Assembly: GCA_965285935.1 (NCBI GenBank)
Contig: OZ260661.1
Location: 47,554,001 to 47,618,000, forward strand
Source of the DNA: Ophelia neglecta
Taxonomy: Eukaryota
DNA length: 64,000 nucleotides
Direction: 5' to 3'
A model generated the notes under the pieces. It saw nothing but the letters and a program-made list of their open reading frames with translations. It did no database searches and had not been told where the DNA came from. Made by a program: the position numbers and the translations under genes. This document shows positions 13,567 to 27,257 of the stretch, piece by piece. How positions within the stretch are numbered: the first letter of the stretch is position 1; every line of letters starts with the position of its first letter.

Positions 13567-16500
13567 ATAAATTATAGTTTCGGCACTTTATACAGTCAGG
13601 CGGCTTCGTCTTAATGCCAGTGATAACTTCTCTTTAGAGGTGACTGAAACCGAGGTATTTATCAATCTGACTGCGATGAATAGAAGCCTGGCCGCAGAGG
13701 AGGGCAGACAGCCATTGATTGATGGCAACTACAGCTTGAACACAGATGCTCTCGCTGCTCTCAAGTCCATCTCAATCTCCTGTAAACAGAAGCTAAGCAT
13801 GTCTTGCAACGGAGACAGTAAGTAGATATCAAACACCTTGTTATAAATGTTATCATCTTAAAATAACTACATGTATCAATACTTCAAGTAACTAACTTCA
13901 CATAATTGGAAAAAAGCCACAGTTGACAATTGCTGAAAATGTGGATATGCCTACTTCTTTCAAACAAGACATACGTTCCAAAACAGGGGCAAAAAACGTA
14001 GCAGAACGATCATTTATATGTGTGTTTTCGATTTATTTTCCAGCTCTATTTAAAACGAATGTTAGTAGCTACTGGAAAGATAATGGAGGGGTCAATCGTT
14101 ACTACTGGGGCGGAGCCGATGACGACCATATAGGCAAGTGTGACTGTGGCGTGCGAGGGTTTTGTACCAACTCAACATCCAAATGCAAGTAAGTGTATGC
14201 TAAATCCATACTACAGTTATTGGATTCTAAAATGGTTTAACATGTGAATTAATACTTGCTACGTCATGATGTATCCTGGATAAGCCTAAGATGGGTACTG
14301 TATCTAACAGAAAAATAACCCAACAACAATTACTGGCCAAACGTGATGTAACGAGATCGCTTTGTTTAACCCCCTGAAGTAACAAAAGAGCCATTGTTAA
14401 ACTTATCACAAACCAGTTGATTGTATTACATAACCTTGTACAGGTCCTTTCTTATCCATTCCAACGTATAAGCATGATTTGATGAGTCTCACCAGATATA
14501 ACTCAAAACACCGTTCATGCTAATAGTGTGTTCTCTTTTGTTAATTTGGCTTTCCGTCGATCAGATTGAGTTCAGTGTCGCATCCCTTACCATAGATTCT
14601 AGCCCTCTATGATAAATAATATATATTTTCTACATAGCAGTGATAAGCTAGATAGATGTCCCTATGAATTTCATTACGATAGAGAAGGTGTATTTATTAC
14701 TCTGGTGTGTATTTTCTGGAGCGAGAGAACAAGATAACAACTGGGTTGAAATATTTCATTAAATGGAAAAAAGTAATATGTACAAAATTGAATTGATGTG
14801 ACCTGCTGAAAATATAGTCGCTTACACTTATTGTTACAAAGTTGTCAGTTATGTATAATCTGTCAAACATTACGTACAGTCTGAATTCATTAATATGTCA
14901 TGTGGAAGCAATGGTGAATATTACATAGTTTAATTGTAATTGACATATTTCCACGGTATTACATGCAACACATTACGGGTTACATCATAAATGTTGGTAA
15001 TTTTGTCGTGGTTATTACTGTCAAATCCGTTACTTTTCATATTATAAATTGATTAAAATTAGTCAGGACGCGTGTTAGAGTTAAAACGTATGTATGCTTC
15101 ATATACATACAATGGTGTTTTAAAGAGAGTTGCTAAGCTCCATCTGGATATTGTTTACAATAGAAAATGCGATGTCCTCGGAGTAACATTGAAGATGAGA
15201 ATGGTCATAGCTGGCTGATTCATATAAATATTCAATGCAAGGCATACATTTTATTTTATTTTTTTGTTGAACAAAATTCTGATGCAGTTCAAGTATAATC
15301 TTAAATTTCTTTTTAAAAAAAGAAGCGTATGCACAACAAATAGTTCTTCTATGGTATAGAGGGGCTATACATAAGAATCATGACACCAAGTTTACTCCAT
15401 TGAGGGATCCTTATTCATTACGGCCACTTAACACAACACTACTCATTTCCTCATTTCAACTATCTCATTCAGCTGTGACGGTCATGCCGGTTGGGACAAG
15501 GATGAAGGGTGGCTGAAAGAGAAAGATCGTCTGCCGGTCAAGTCTCTGTATATTGAATCTACACCCGGAAACATAGGCAACTGGACAATTGGCAATTTAA
15601 TCTGCCAAAACTTTGGTAACAAGCTCCTATTTCCATTGAGATCAACTTCCTCTGATATATCCATCACCCTTACTTGAATTAGTTGACTTAATATTTTGTA
15701 AAAAGAAATCAATTTTTATCTAGATGTCTTAATAGATATTTCATTTTCAAATTATGATTTAAGATCCAAATGGAATGCACTGGGCCTTGGACTCTTTTAC
15801 CATCTCGGAGGACCTGCCAGGTCGTATTGGTACGTTCCACGGCAATCAGAACACGGCAATGTTAAGAGCAGGGGTGTGGGAGTATTCGAAGGCCATTCAA
15901 CTCGACGGGACCACCAACTACCTCACCTTCCCTGCTTCCATCGAGGCATGTTTCACAGACGTAAGGCAGTGTTTGAAGGGATTTTCAACAGCCCTGTGGG
16001 TACGAGTACCTACCACGCTTACCAACATCGTGTTTGTATCCAACTTGAATACTGCAGGAACATCAGAAATGGGATTTAGTATTGGCTTGGCTTCTGGACA
16101 GCTGTCGTGTTCAGTAAGAGATACGACCAGCAAGTGGTCCATCTCCACGCTAGTGACAAGCGCTGTATGGATACATGTAGCGATCACGTGGAAAGCCTCT
16201 ACAGGGGTAGGTAGATAAATTTGAACACACATGCTTGCTCTTGAGTTTAACTAATTGTATCCAATTTCATTCAAAAGTATTAATCACGGAATAGTATTAT
16301 GCCATCCGCATTTGGATAACCATTTCTTCTTCTAGTTGCTATTGTACATCAATGGATACGATGTGAAGGCCCTCGGTGTGGTGGGGACTTTAATTGCCAA
16401 CAACGCCAGTGGGGTCACACCTCTCACAACTCTTCATGTTGGAAACGACCCAATGACATCGCTTAAAGCTAACGTATCACTGGACGAGTTCTGGTTTTCC

Positions 16501-19500
16501 CCCTATTATGTGTATATACCATCGATGGTTATGACCAGAGTAGATTGTAAGTTGAAAAAATAAAAATAGTACTTTAATTTTTGTCATAAGGTGTACTAAA
16601 CACGGTTAACACGGTTCAAATTCACCAGTAGATATAGATAAAATTTATCTTTTATTATTCTTTGTAGTTGCAAAATAAAGTGTGACGCATATACGTTCGT
16701 TTCAGTGCACCCTCGAATATACAGGACCTCATTCGACTACAGTACTCAGCCAGAGGATCTGTTGGCAAATCCGGAAATTTTCTTCGATTCGGCAAGCTCC
16801 CCAGTAGAAATTCCCGGTGTGGTATCTGGGGCTCTAAGACTGTACACCAGCACCACTACTATTGTTCCTATGTATAAAATATTCCATTATGAATGTTTAG
16901 GCCGACTCGATCTTTGTGAAAAAGGACTAACCTTGGCATTCTGGGCCAGGCTTCATCCTGATATGTGGACTGATACCGGAAATTATCATACATTAGTCTA
17001 CAACATGGGAGCTGCTGCGTCGAATCCCGGATTTCATATATACTTTAAAGGCAGATCGGCCTACCTTGAGATTAGGGACATGACGGCTGGAAGAAAACGC
17101 CTGTCAGCCTTTAACCTCCCTATTGAGAAGTGGTTTCATATTGCGTTCTCCTGGAAAACAGGGTCATACCCTTTTATATACATTAACAGTGTGTTGACCC
17201 CCACTACTAACAGTATGTCGTCGCAAATTTATTCGTCTCCTGCGCCATCTACTTCCATATTCTTCTGGGGATTCTCAAGTGTCTACAGCGCAGCAAACAC
17301 CCTCATGGACGTCGATGAGATGGTATTCCATGCGAGTGTTCAAGCAGTGTCGGTCATCAGAACGGAATACGGTAAATTACTTACGCCTTATCGGTAAAGT
17401 TCTTGGTCAAAATCATCAAAAGGTGCATTGTCCAAATATGACGTATCGTCGAATGATTTAGATATAAATTAAATATGTTTAAACATTACTCTAATTTATC
17501 ATTTAGATAAAGGAGTCAAGTGGTATCGATTCCCGTTTGACAACTCAAGTATTTATGGCGACACTAGACTTCAGAGTTCCGGGGATCTGATAACTATATT
17601 CGGTCGTGTGGCCAGTGCAGTTTATCTTCGAGGCAATTCATATCTCGAAGGAGTCATCCCATTTTACCACGAATGCCTAAGCAATCCAACGCGCTGTGTT
17701 CGTGGTTTCACAATTTCCTGTTGGCTTTTCATTCGACCTACCTTAAGCAACGGTACTATAGTGAGCGCGTACAATGCGGCGGGCAAACACGGTATAGAAG
17801 TGACATATACAACTAATTCCAGTGGTCTTATGGACATTAAAATCACCGTTGTAACGTCCTCCCAGAAGCACGAGTCAGTTTTTCAACTTCCTCCTCGCCT
17901 TTGGACTCACACCGCCTTCAAATGGGCAGCAGTCGGGGGATCCATTACCGTGTGGCTCAATGGAACCGATCGTTTGGTCACCACGTCCACGGTAGCCAGC
18001 TCAATGGTCTTTGAAGGCGATGTCAGGCTCGTATTTGGAACGGATGGGGAATCAAACACACATCACACTGATATGGCCATCGACGAATTCTACTTTAGAG
18101 AGAAACTTGAGACGGCATCTAGTATATACGTCGAATTCGGTAAGCCATGATATATACCTGTAGTTAAACGCCTAGTAGTTAAACATTACTTACATGTGTC
18201 CCCTACGAACGGGCTAACTTACTTTCACCTTTTGTGTTTCTTTAGTTCAGGGAAGAACAACAAACGACGATTTGTACTGGTCGCTGGATGGTTCTAATGC
18301 TGGCGGCCTACTTAATGATTCAGCTATACCTACGATTGCCCAGGATGTTACTTATGCTCTTGCTATAAAAAACAGCGGGGCAGTATTTGATGGCGCGACG
18401 AATTATGCAAATCTTGGCTCATACCCAGGAACATGTGTGACCCATCTGGAGTTTTGTCAACAGATTCACGTGAAGTTTCTCCTCCAGTTCAACGGCGAGA
18501 GAAATGGTGACCAATACATTGTTTCCAGATCAACCGCTGACGGTACTAATTCCGGTTTCTACATCCGCTACGCTAACCTAGAACCTACCCTACCTTTTCG
18601 AAGATACATTCAAGCGGGAGTTAAGCACAGCAGTCTGTTTTGGAATGTAGTTGTTCATATTGAAATGGGTGTATGGATGGCAATGGAACTGAAGTGGTCC
18701 CTAACTGGTGGGCTCGAGGTTTGGATAGATGGGATTTTGGCTGGTTCTGACATCACTCCAGCCTATGAAGCTGGACTCTCAGAGCGAACAGACACGACTC
18801 CACTAGTCCTAGGCAAATCAAACGCCGCCAACACAAATTATGCATTGATGAAATTGGACGAAATACATATCTGGGACGGAGCTATTGAACCTTCAAACGT
18901 CTCCTTAGCGGAAGGTATGCCTAGTCCCTTACACAGCAAGTATTGTTGTTATACGTTAAATTCAAATATAGTGTATAAATCCTTATCATTAGCTCATTTA
19001 TTCCGTTTGATAGTAAACCGGATTACTTGATTTAATCAATAATATCATTATATACAATTATATAGATCACTACCAAGTTGGTTGTTACCAGTCCATTGGG
19101 TCCTTTACCAAGACACTGACTTTACCTTCCTCGATGGATCCTTTGACATGTCGCACCTACTGCAACCACACATTCCGCTATGTCGGATTATCGGAAGGCG
19201 TGCGCTGTGTGTGTTTTCCGGATTTGACTGCCCTGATAAAGTTGTCGGACGGACTTTGTTCCACAGTCTGTCCTGGAACTTCCTATGTCTGTGGAAGCAG
19301 CACCAATATGCTGTATTTCAGTATTTACAGATCAACCGCCCATCTGCCCTTTCCTGAAATAATAGCCATAGAGAACTGTACCACCAATGTGACGGGGCCT
19401 TACGAACAATACGTGCTTGATTTTGATTTGGTTGACAAAAACACCCCTTTTACATTACAGATATTATGCAGGGTTGGCAACTTAATAAACTATAATTTTA

Positions 19501-22500
19501 CGATGGGGGATGCCACAGTAGCTGTAAACAGTGAGCTAAATACTCTCAACCACACGTATACAGCCCTGGGAGTGTACAGTGGTTTGACCACCCTCAGAAA
19601 TGAGAAGGGCACTATATATGTACCACACATAATTACTGCAACATTCCCTTTGTTTCCAATTCTAAACGTGTCCTTGGAGACTTCCCCAACAGAGGTGAAC
19701 ATGGCATCAGTCATCATGCTGAATGTTGGCAGTGGCAATGATCTGACTTGTGATATTGACTATGGGGATGGCATAACCGAGAGCTATTACAAGAAAGACT
19801 ATCAACCCGTCCACGCACTTGCCCACACGTACACGGTAGTTGGTGATTATGTGATAAAGATTATGTGCAGCAACCCAATAACTCAAGGAAACGATTCTGT
19901 TATGATTAGTATAGAGAAGCAGGTGGCTGCTCTTGCACTTGGCTTCAACAAAGTGACCAAATGGGTGTTCGAGGCAGATAGTAACAAAACTCTGTCCTGG
20001 ACAATCGTAGGAAGTCATCTTGAAACCTATCTCTTCCTTGACGGGGTGCAGGTACCTGTGGCATTTGACAACACATTTGCCACTCTTGATATCATCAATT
20101 TTAACTCAGTTGGTCCCTATCAGGGCTGGATCGTTGTGAAGAACGGCATATCCACCAGTGTTAACGTAACTTTTGAAGTAAGGGTGGAAAGACAAATCAC
20201 ACAAGCCTTCATACGAGCTCCAGCATACGCCGCAACAGGATTAAACTTCATTGCGCACGTTTTGATTCCACTCGGCTCCTACGCTGAGGTGAAATTCAGA
20301 TTCACCAGTCCAACATGGCTCTCAGCACATATTTCCGGTGATTTCATCAATGGACTGACTTCCTTTACAGGTGTATATCCGACACCAGGGGTGTGGACCA
20401 TGACCTGCCAGGTTTTCAACAACCTCACAACAGCCCCAGGTGTAGTCAACATAAGCCAGGTTATAATTGAAAATGGAGTGGCTGCATTGCTCATAGAAGT
20501 AAAGAATAGCACAAGTTTGAAGTATCCGATACCGGTAAATGGATCCCAGATCTTAGGTGCCGTTCCAGCAACAAATGTTCGTGTGATAGTACAGGCTACG
20601 CGCGGTGATTCAAACAGTACAGTTTTGTGCTATGATGATATCATCGAGTCGTTCAATCGAATCGAAACAGATTGTAACATAACAGAATCTGGCTGGTACA
20701 ATGTAAGCATCAGAGTGATGAATAATGTAAGTACCGAAGTGGTTTGGAGTAAAGTGGAATTAGGCGACAAACTGTCTACTGTTGAATACAACATTGAGAA
20801 AGCTCTCATATCGGCTGGACAGGTTGGTCAAGTTAATATACGAATAATGGATGGTATTGGTACTCGCGCATATGTCAATTTTGGCGACGGCTACACATCC
20901 CCTGGGGAACTCCTGGTAATCGGCCAGTTTAGTCCCGTACGTCATGTATACACACAATACGGTGACTACCAGATATCGTTGGTGGTAGACAATCAAATCA
21001 GTTCCTTGACAGCTGGATGCTCCTTAGCGTGTCTCATCGTGCAAGAAAATATTTCGGGTCTTGTATGGAGTGGACCCTTTGCATTTGAGTTTGGATTCCC
21101 AATTGTAATAACTTGGGTAAAAGTTACGGGGTCGCATTTGAACTATTCTCTGAAATTTGATGGAAAAGGCGTCACAACGTCTTCGAAGACGGCAAATGGA
21201 GGCTTTTGTAGCGTTTCTGCTATGCCTTGGTTAACTCTCGGTTTTCACACAGTATATGTGGAGACAGTCAATATGGTATCAGGTCCAACAAGTGCCAAAT
21301 CAAGTCTAGTCATCGTCAGAAGAATACGGAATTTCGTCATGCGTTTAGGCGTTACTGCTATTAAAACCAATGAAGTAACACGCTTAAACTACAGTATGGA
21401 TGATGCCACAAAAGTAACGGTCAACATCACCTCGTCCATAGACAGATTACTTGGGACAGCATATTACGAAGATGCTGCATCATTGAACCAACTACTCAGT
21501 TTCTCGTTTGGTGTTCCTGGTGTACACATTATAAATGGAGTGGCATCGAATCCCCTTGGTAGTGTTGACTCAGGGCCCCTAATATTGATTGTCCAAAACC
21601 CAGTTGTAAATGGAGATGTCGTAATTACTTCAGTCGATTTATTCACACTTCCGGTACAGTGTGTTTTGCGAATAAACCCTAACGATACCGTGCCAACAAA
21701 TATTAGTATTGTAGCAGAATTTGGGGATGGGAACCAAGCCACCAATATAGACTTCGTGGAGATGGACAACGAGACATTTGCTATATCACATATTTATCCC
21801 ATTGATGGTTACTACAACGTCTCATTCAGAATTTGGAATGATGTAAGTCTCTGGCAGTACGTGAGGCGGATCACTGTAGGAGTACCCGTCAGTAATATCT
21901 CACTTAGCGTTAATAAGGTAATATTGACCGTAAACGAAAGCCTCGTGATCAACGCTTCCGTCAAAGAAGGTTCAAACATGTATCTCACGTACGAATATGG
22001 CGATAACACATCTGAACTAGCCAGCGTATCGGCCGGAGAATTACACCAGACTGTCCATCGATATACAGAACCTGACGTTTATCAATTGTTGGTAGTGGCA
22101 ACCAATCCATTCAGCGAAGTTGAGAGAACTTTGTCTAATTTGATAATCGTACAAGAACTTGCTAGCGGGCTAAACCTTTCCATTGATAAAGACATCTTTG
22201 CTGTCAACGAGGTCGTCACCCTTATATGGAATATTGAAACCGGCACGAATGTGTCTTGTGTGGTATTCTACGCCGGAGTCCAGGTCTATCAAGCCCAGCT
22301 TTGTAATCACAGCGGTTCTGTTAAGGTTGATGGCAGTATGTCGCCCTCGGCCACATTCAATCCAGCCAAACTTCAGGCGTGGAATAAGGTCACGAACGTT
22401 ATTGAAACAAACATACTGGTGCAAGTGGAAAAACCAATGTATGGAATTGACCTGGTACCGCAATATGACATGTGGCCTTTGAGGGAACCTATAGAATTTA

Positions 22501-25500
22501 CAGTGGCAGTTGACGAGGGCTCCAACATCAACGTTACTTTAACTTTCAACAACAGCTCCCCGGAAGCATTTACTACATTTCCAAGTGGTGAATACAATCA
22601 TTCGTGGGTCAGTCGTAGATCGTTTGAAATCCCTGGCTTCATACAAGTGACGGCTTATGCGGTGAACCCTCTGGGCATGCTAACAACATCGAAGGTGGTT
22701 TGGATACAAGCACCTATCAACAATGGCCGAGCAGTAGTCAATGAACCTGATAATTACCGAACTGCAGCCCAGTTCATTATAATACTTAATGAAAATGATA
22801 CTGAACCTACCGATTTGAGCATAAAATGCGATCTTGGGAATAATGTCACAAAAACAGAGATACATTTCATGCATGTTATGGCTAACACCTGGGTGCTTAA
22901 CTATCAATACCAGAATGACGGAAATTACGATGTGCTCGTAGAGGTGAAGAACGATATTAGCCGGTGGAATTATACCAAAACCATCACAGTCGGAGAATAC
23001 CTAGCTAATGTCACTATCAGCGTGTCAGAATTAATAGTGTCCACGGCACAGTTTTTAACTGTTAATGTTGCAGTGCTTCGCGGATCCAACGCCCTGATGG
23101 TATACGATTTCGGTGAATCTGGTGATGTGATTGGCAGCAATATTACAAAGGGCGAGGTGAAGGAATTGCAGTATATGTACACAAATCCTGGTGTATATGC
23201 ACTAGAGGTCAAGGTGTGGAATGTCTTCAACCAGCTGATCAAAGAACACCACAGTGTCATTGTCGCCTTTGATATGGTCAGGGGACAGAAGTTTTCAACC
23301 AGGAAACCAGTATATGCTATCGGTAAGTGAGGTGAAGGGTAAATCTAATTCTTGAAATTTAAAGCCTTCGATATGCGATGTAAAACAGGTCCACCATCGA
23401 CTTAACTTTGCGGTTTTGTTAATCTTTCAGATGAGGATGTATACGTAGACTGGCACGTTCCGATGGGAACTAACATCAGCTGCTCTGTAGAGTTCAAAGG
23501 GACTATTCTATATGCTACCGACATGTGTAACAATACTGGTTGGTGGATGTTTCAAAGAGATAAATTACCGAAAGAAATTGGAAACTACACTGCAAGTATA
23601 AAATTATGGAACAAGGTGACTAGGTATCAGTGGCTTTACGCCAACATCAGGATTGAAAGAACAATTTCAGGATTGGCAATTGTCCTGACTCATCCCTTCA
23701 GGGCTCAGAATCAAAGCTCATCTTTTGAAGTTGTCCTGCGAGGAGGTTCCAACTTTAATCTAGAGGTGTTTTACAGTGATGTTTATACACGACAAAGCGT
23801 GTGGTATGCAGGCGATCAAACAAATGTTAGTCAGACAACTTCTAGAACTTACTATGTAACTGGAGATGTTTTCATCACAGCCCGCGCTACAAATATTTTA
23901 ATGACGGTTGAGTCAACTGCAATTCTCGCTATACAGGCTGTCGTTGAAGGCTTATATTTGGTCGAAAAAAACACAACTACCTTTGAAATCCCAGTTTATA
24001 TAACAATTCAGCAGAAAGCTGGCCTGCTTACGCCAACACACTTAATAATCGCGGTGGACTGGGGAGATGGTTCTCAAACAATACACGATGATTTCAGTTT
24101 GAGTGCAACAGGAAACGACACACTGGAACACTATTATGGTCGAGACGGATATTACCTGGTTCAGCTCTTAGCATTTAATAACATAAGCAGACAGAATTTA
24201 ACATCTGTTGTCAAAGTAGGAGAGGAGATCTTGAATTTTCAAATTGAAGCGTTGAAAACAGTGATGCAGCCAACCGCGAGATTTAGTGTCTGCTTCAACC
24301 TGACTCATGGGTCAAATGTTAGCGTTTCCACAGCGTTCCAAGCAGACGATACGATATATCTGGATGGCAAGTTAAAGCCGTACTCCAAACAATGCGTTTT
24401 CTATAGCTACACGACACAAGGAACATATACATTAAACGCTACTGCTCAAAATTCATTTAGTACTATAGAAGAGCAACTGGTCATTATTGTGGAAGAGCCA
24501 ATAGCGGGCCTGAAACTACAGCTTCCCAGGGGACTTTTGGCCAATGACACCTCGCATATAACGGTGCTTTGGTTTTACCTTGGTATGGATTATTGCGTGC
24601 TTTTGGACCTTGGTGATGGTGGCGAAAAGTATGTATATGGAGTGTCTGACTGCGAAACTAAACACCCGGACCATGTTTATAGGCAAGCAATGCCCGAGGA
24701 AAATTCATTCTCCATAACTCATACTTTTAAGTACGTTGGAACGTACGCGGGAAACCTGACTGCATATAACAGAATATCAAGGGAAGTCGTCTCTAAATAT
24801 CTAACGGTCATCCTCTGTGAAAAGCCAATTGCTAAACTTAACGGGCGAGGGAGTTTGCCTTATTTCCCAGTTCATTTTTATCAATCGGAGAACATCACAC
24901 TGGACGCCAATGTCATTAATCCGTGCACTATACCATGGAATATCAGTATGAACTGGACCGTCGAAGTGTGGCCAGACAACAAAAGTAAATATTTTCACAG
25001 CTTCGAACAACCAAATGCGCCAGTTTTGCCTATACCGCCGCGCACATTCCCATATGGTGTCGCAAAAGTCACGTTTTACGTCAAAGTGGGGCCATTTTTC
25101 GGAATTGAAGACACCGATTTCAAATACATCCGAATCATTCCCACACCAATTGTTGTGCGGATCAAAGGGAATAAGGCAAGGGCGGTGCAAAAAGGTAAGG
25201 GAATAGTTATCGACGCTCGTAGCGCCACCTATGACCCTGACGACCCAGAAGACAAGTCCTCGCTCGGATTCAGCTGGAAGATTAGGCTCGAAGGTCAGCG
25301 TAATTGGTCAAACCTATTACCGAGCGATACGCACTATGTGGCGAGGAAGAAACGCTCGTTGAGTGATCTGTCAGGCGGAATCCTGCACCTTATTGACTCT
25401 CTGCCTGAAGGCCTGATAGATATATTGGTGACGGTGACAAAAGGCACTAAACTCGGTTCGTTCATACAAACGGTGCAGCTGACGTCGGGTGTTGTTCTAG

Positions 25501-27222
25501 AAGTTGACATTACGTAAGTTCACAATTAAGGGTAAACCATTTTACATGATTTTCTTATATTTCTTGAAAAGGCTTTATGGTACTTATGGCTTCCATTAGC
25601 CGTGGAGAAAAGCTCTAACGTCATAATGTAACAATTTATTCATGTGAGACAAACAGTTAAATTGCTATTCAATGCGGCGTTGTAAAATAATATTCAAGTT
25701 TGGATTTAAGCTACTCTTTTCATACAGTTTGACCTTGAAAACAAAGTTTTTTTCCTTGATTGGCACATGCCTACAGTCCCCCACACAACCTCCCTTCAGT
25801 CCCCGATTCCATTATTGTAGTGGCAAAATCGTGGTTTATGCCTAAACAATAATGCTTATGTATATTTTAAGACGGCACTTTGGGGAGGACATTTGAACAA
25901 AAGATTAACAACAAATCATTTTGTTTTCCAGCTGTTCGGTCAATTGCCACCAGAAAGTAACAACTGGTATTCAGCTAACACTATATGCTAACTGTACTAG
26001 CTGTCTGTCCCAGGGAATCACTGGCCCTTATACCTACGACTGGAAACTATATGCGGTGAATGGGGATTCGAACACTTTGATTGATCTGCATGGTTTGACC
26101 ACGGCAGGTGAGAATCGGCGGGGTCATGATTGGTTTTTACAGTACACAGTTAGTACGACCTTTACGTGCATGGATTACCAAATTAAACAAACACTCATGT
26201 TGTAATGGCAGCTTTTATTTCAGGTACAGATTCGGAAGTATTTGGATTGACAGGGAATACCTTACTCCCAGGCCGGGAGTATTCTGTCCGGCTGACCATA
26301 AAAAGTGGACAGGCTACTGGCTTTACCGAATACTCCATATCAACAAATCTACCTCCCTATGGTGGAAAATGCTCCGTTAGTCCGGACAGAGGTTAATGTG
26401 ATTTTGTTTTATTGTGCCATCTGTAATAATTAACAGGAGTCACTTATAAATTACCAGTAATTTTATGTTATATTTATATCCTAGGCGTGGCTACATTCAA
26501 CCAATACGTCATTTCCTGCTCCAAGTGGAAAGATGAGGCAATGCGCAAATCAAGAGATTGGAATACTGACACAATGCGGCAGAGTGAGCTTTACTATACG
26601 TTTTATAGCAGACCACGAGGAAAAGACGGGCCGTTTACGCTGCTCCATTACGGCCCTGACCCCGTGACTCCCGAATGTAATTTACCAATGGGATATAAAT
26701 CTCAGGAATACATGGTGGACATACTGATAAATATCGAAGATTCCTTTGGAGAGGTTACTTCAGTGACCCTGGGTGTTCAGGTTGGCTAATGACAAGTGCA
26801 GTGATAACTTTATATTTGTAAAGGAAGTTACACCACAATAAAATATGGGATGAAAAAAGGAATATAACACATGCTCTTTTCGTAAATAAGTACTAGCAGC
26901 TAGGCCTTCCAATATGATCTGAATTTGTATGAGTGCAGGCTTTCCTTTTATATGTAACTCATCTTTGTTGCAAATCAATAAAAAAGGAGACAATTTGTTG
27001 GATACTTTAACTTAAGGCCCGATAAATAGGTTTATATCCCAATGACATTTCAGGTTGGAGAATTTTATCTTAATTATGACGAGTTACTTGACAAGATAAA
27101 TGGAGATGTCACAGAATTTGATTTCCACTTTGCCGCTCAAGATGTACGGGCTGTCATCAACACAGTCAGTACCTTCGTCGAACAACTAGACAGACGAAAC
27201 GAGGTAATGTGCCTAGTGTTTA

Positions 27223-27257
<35 letters not shown>

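Noticed and set aside
19134-25517. Prokaryotic or horizontally transferred PKD-domain surface protein genes (1398-aa and 684-aa ORFs)
   Set aside because: Both ORFs are bounded by canonical splice sites and continue in phase into REJ/GPS exons; a giant PKD exon is also a feature of animal PKD1 genes.
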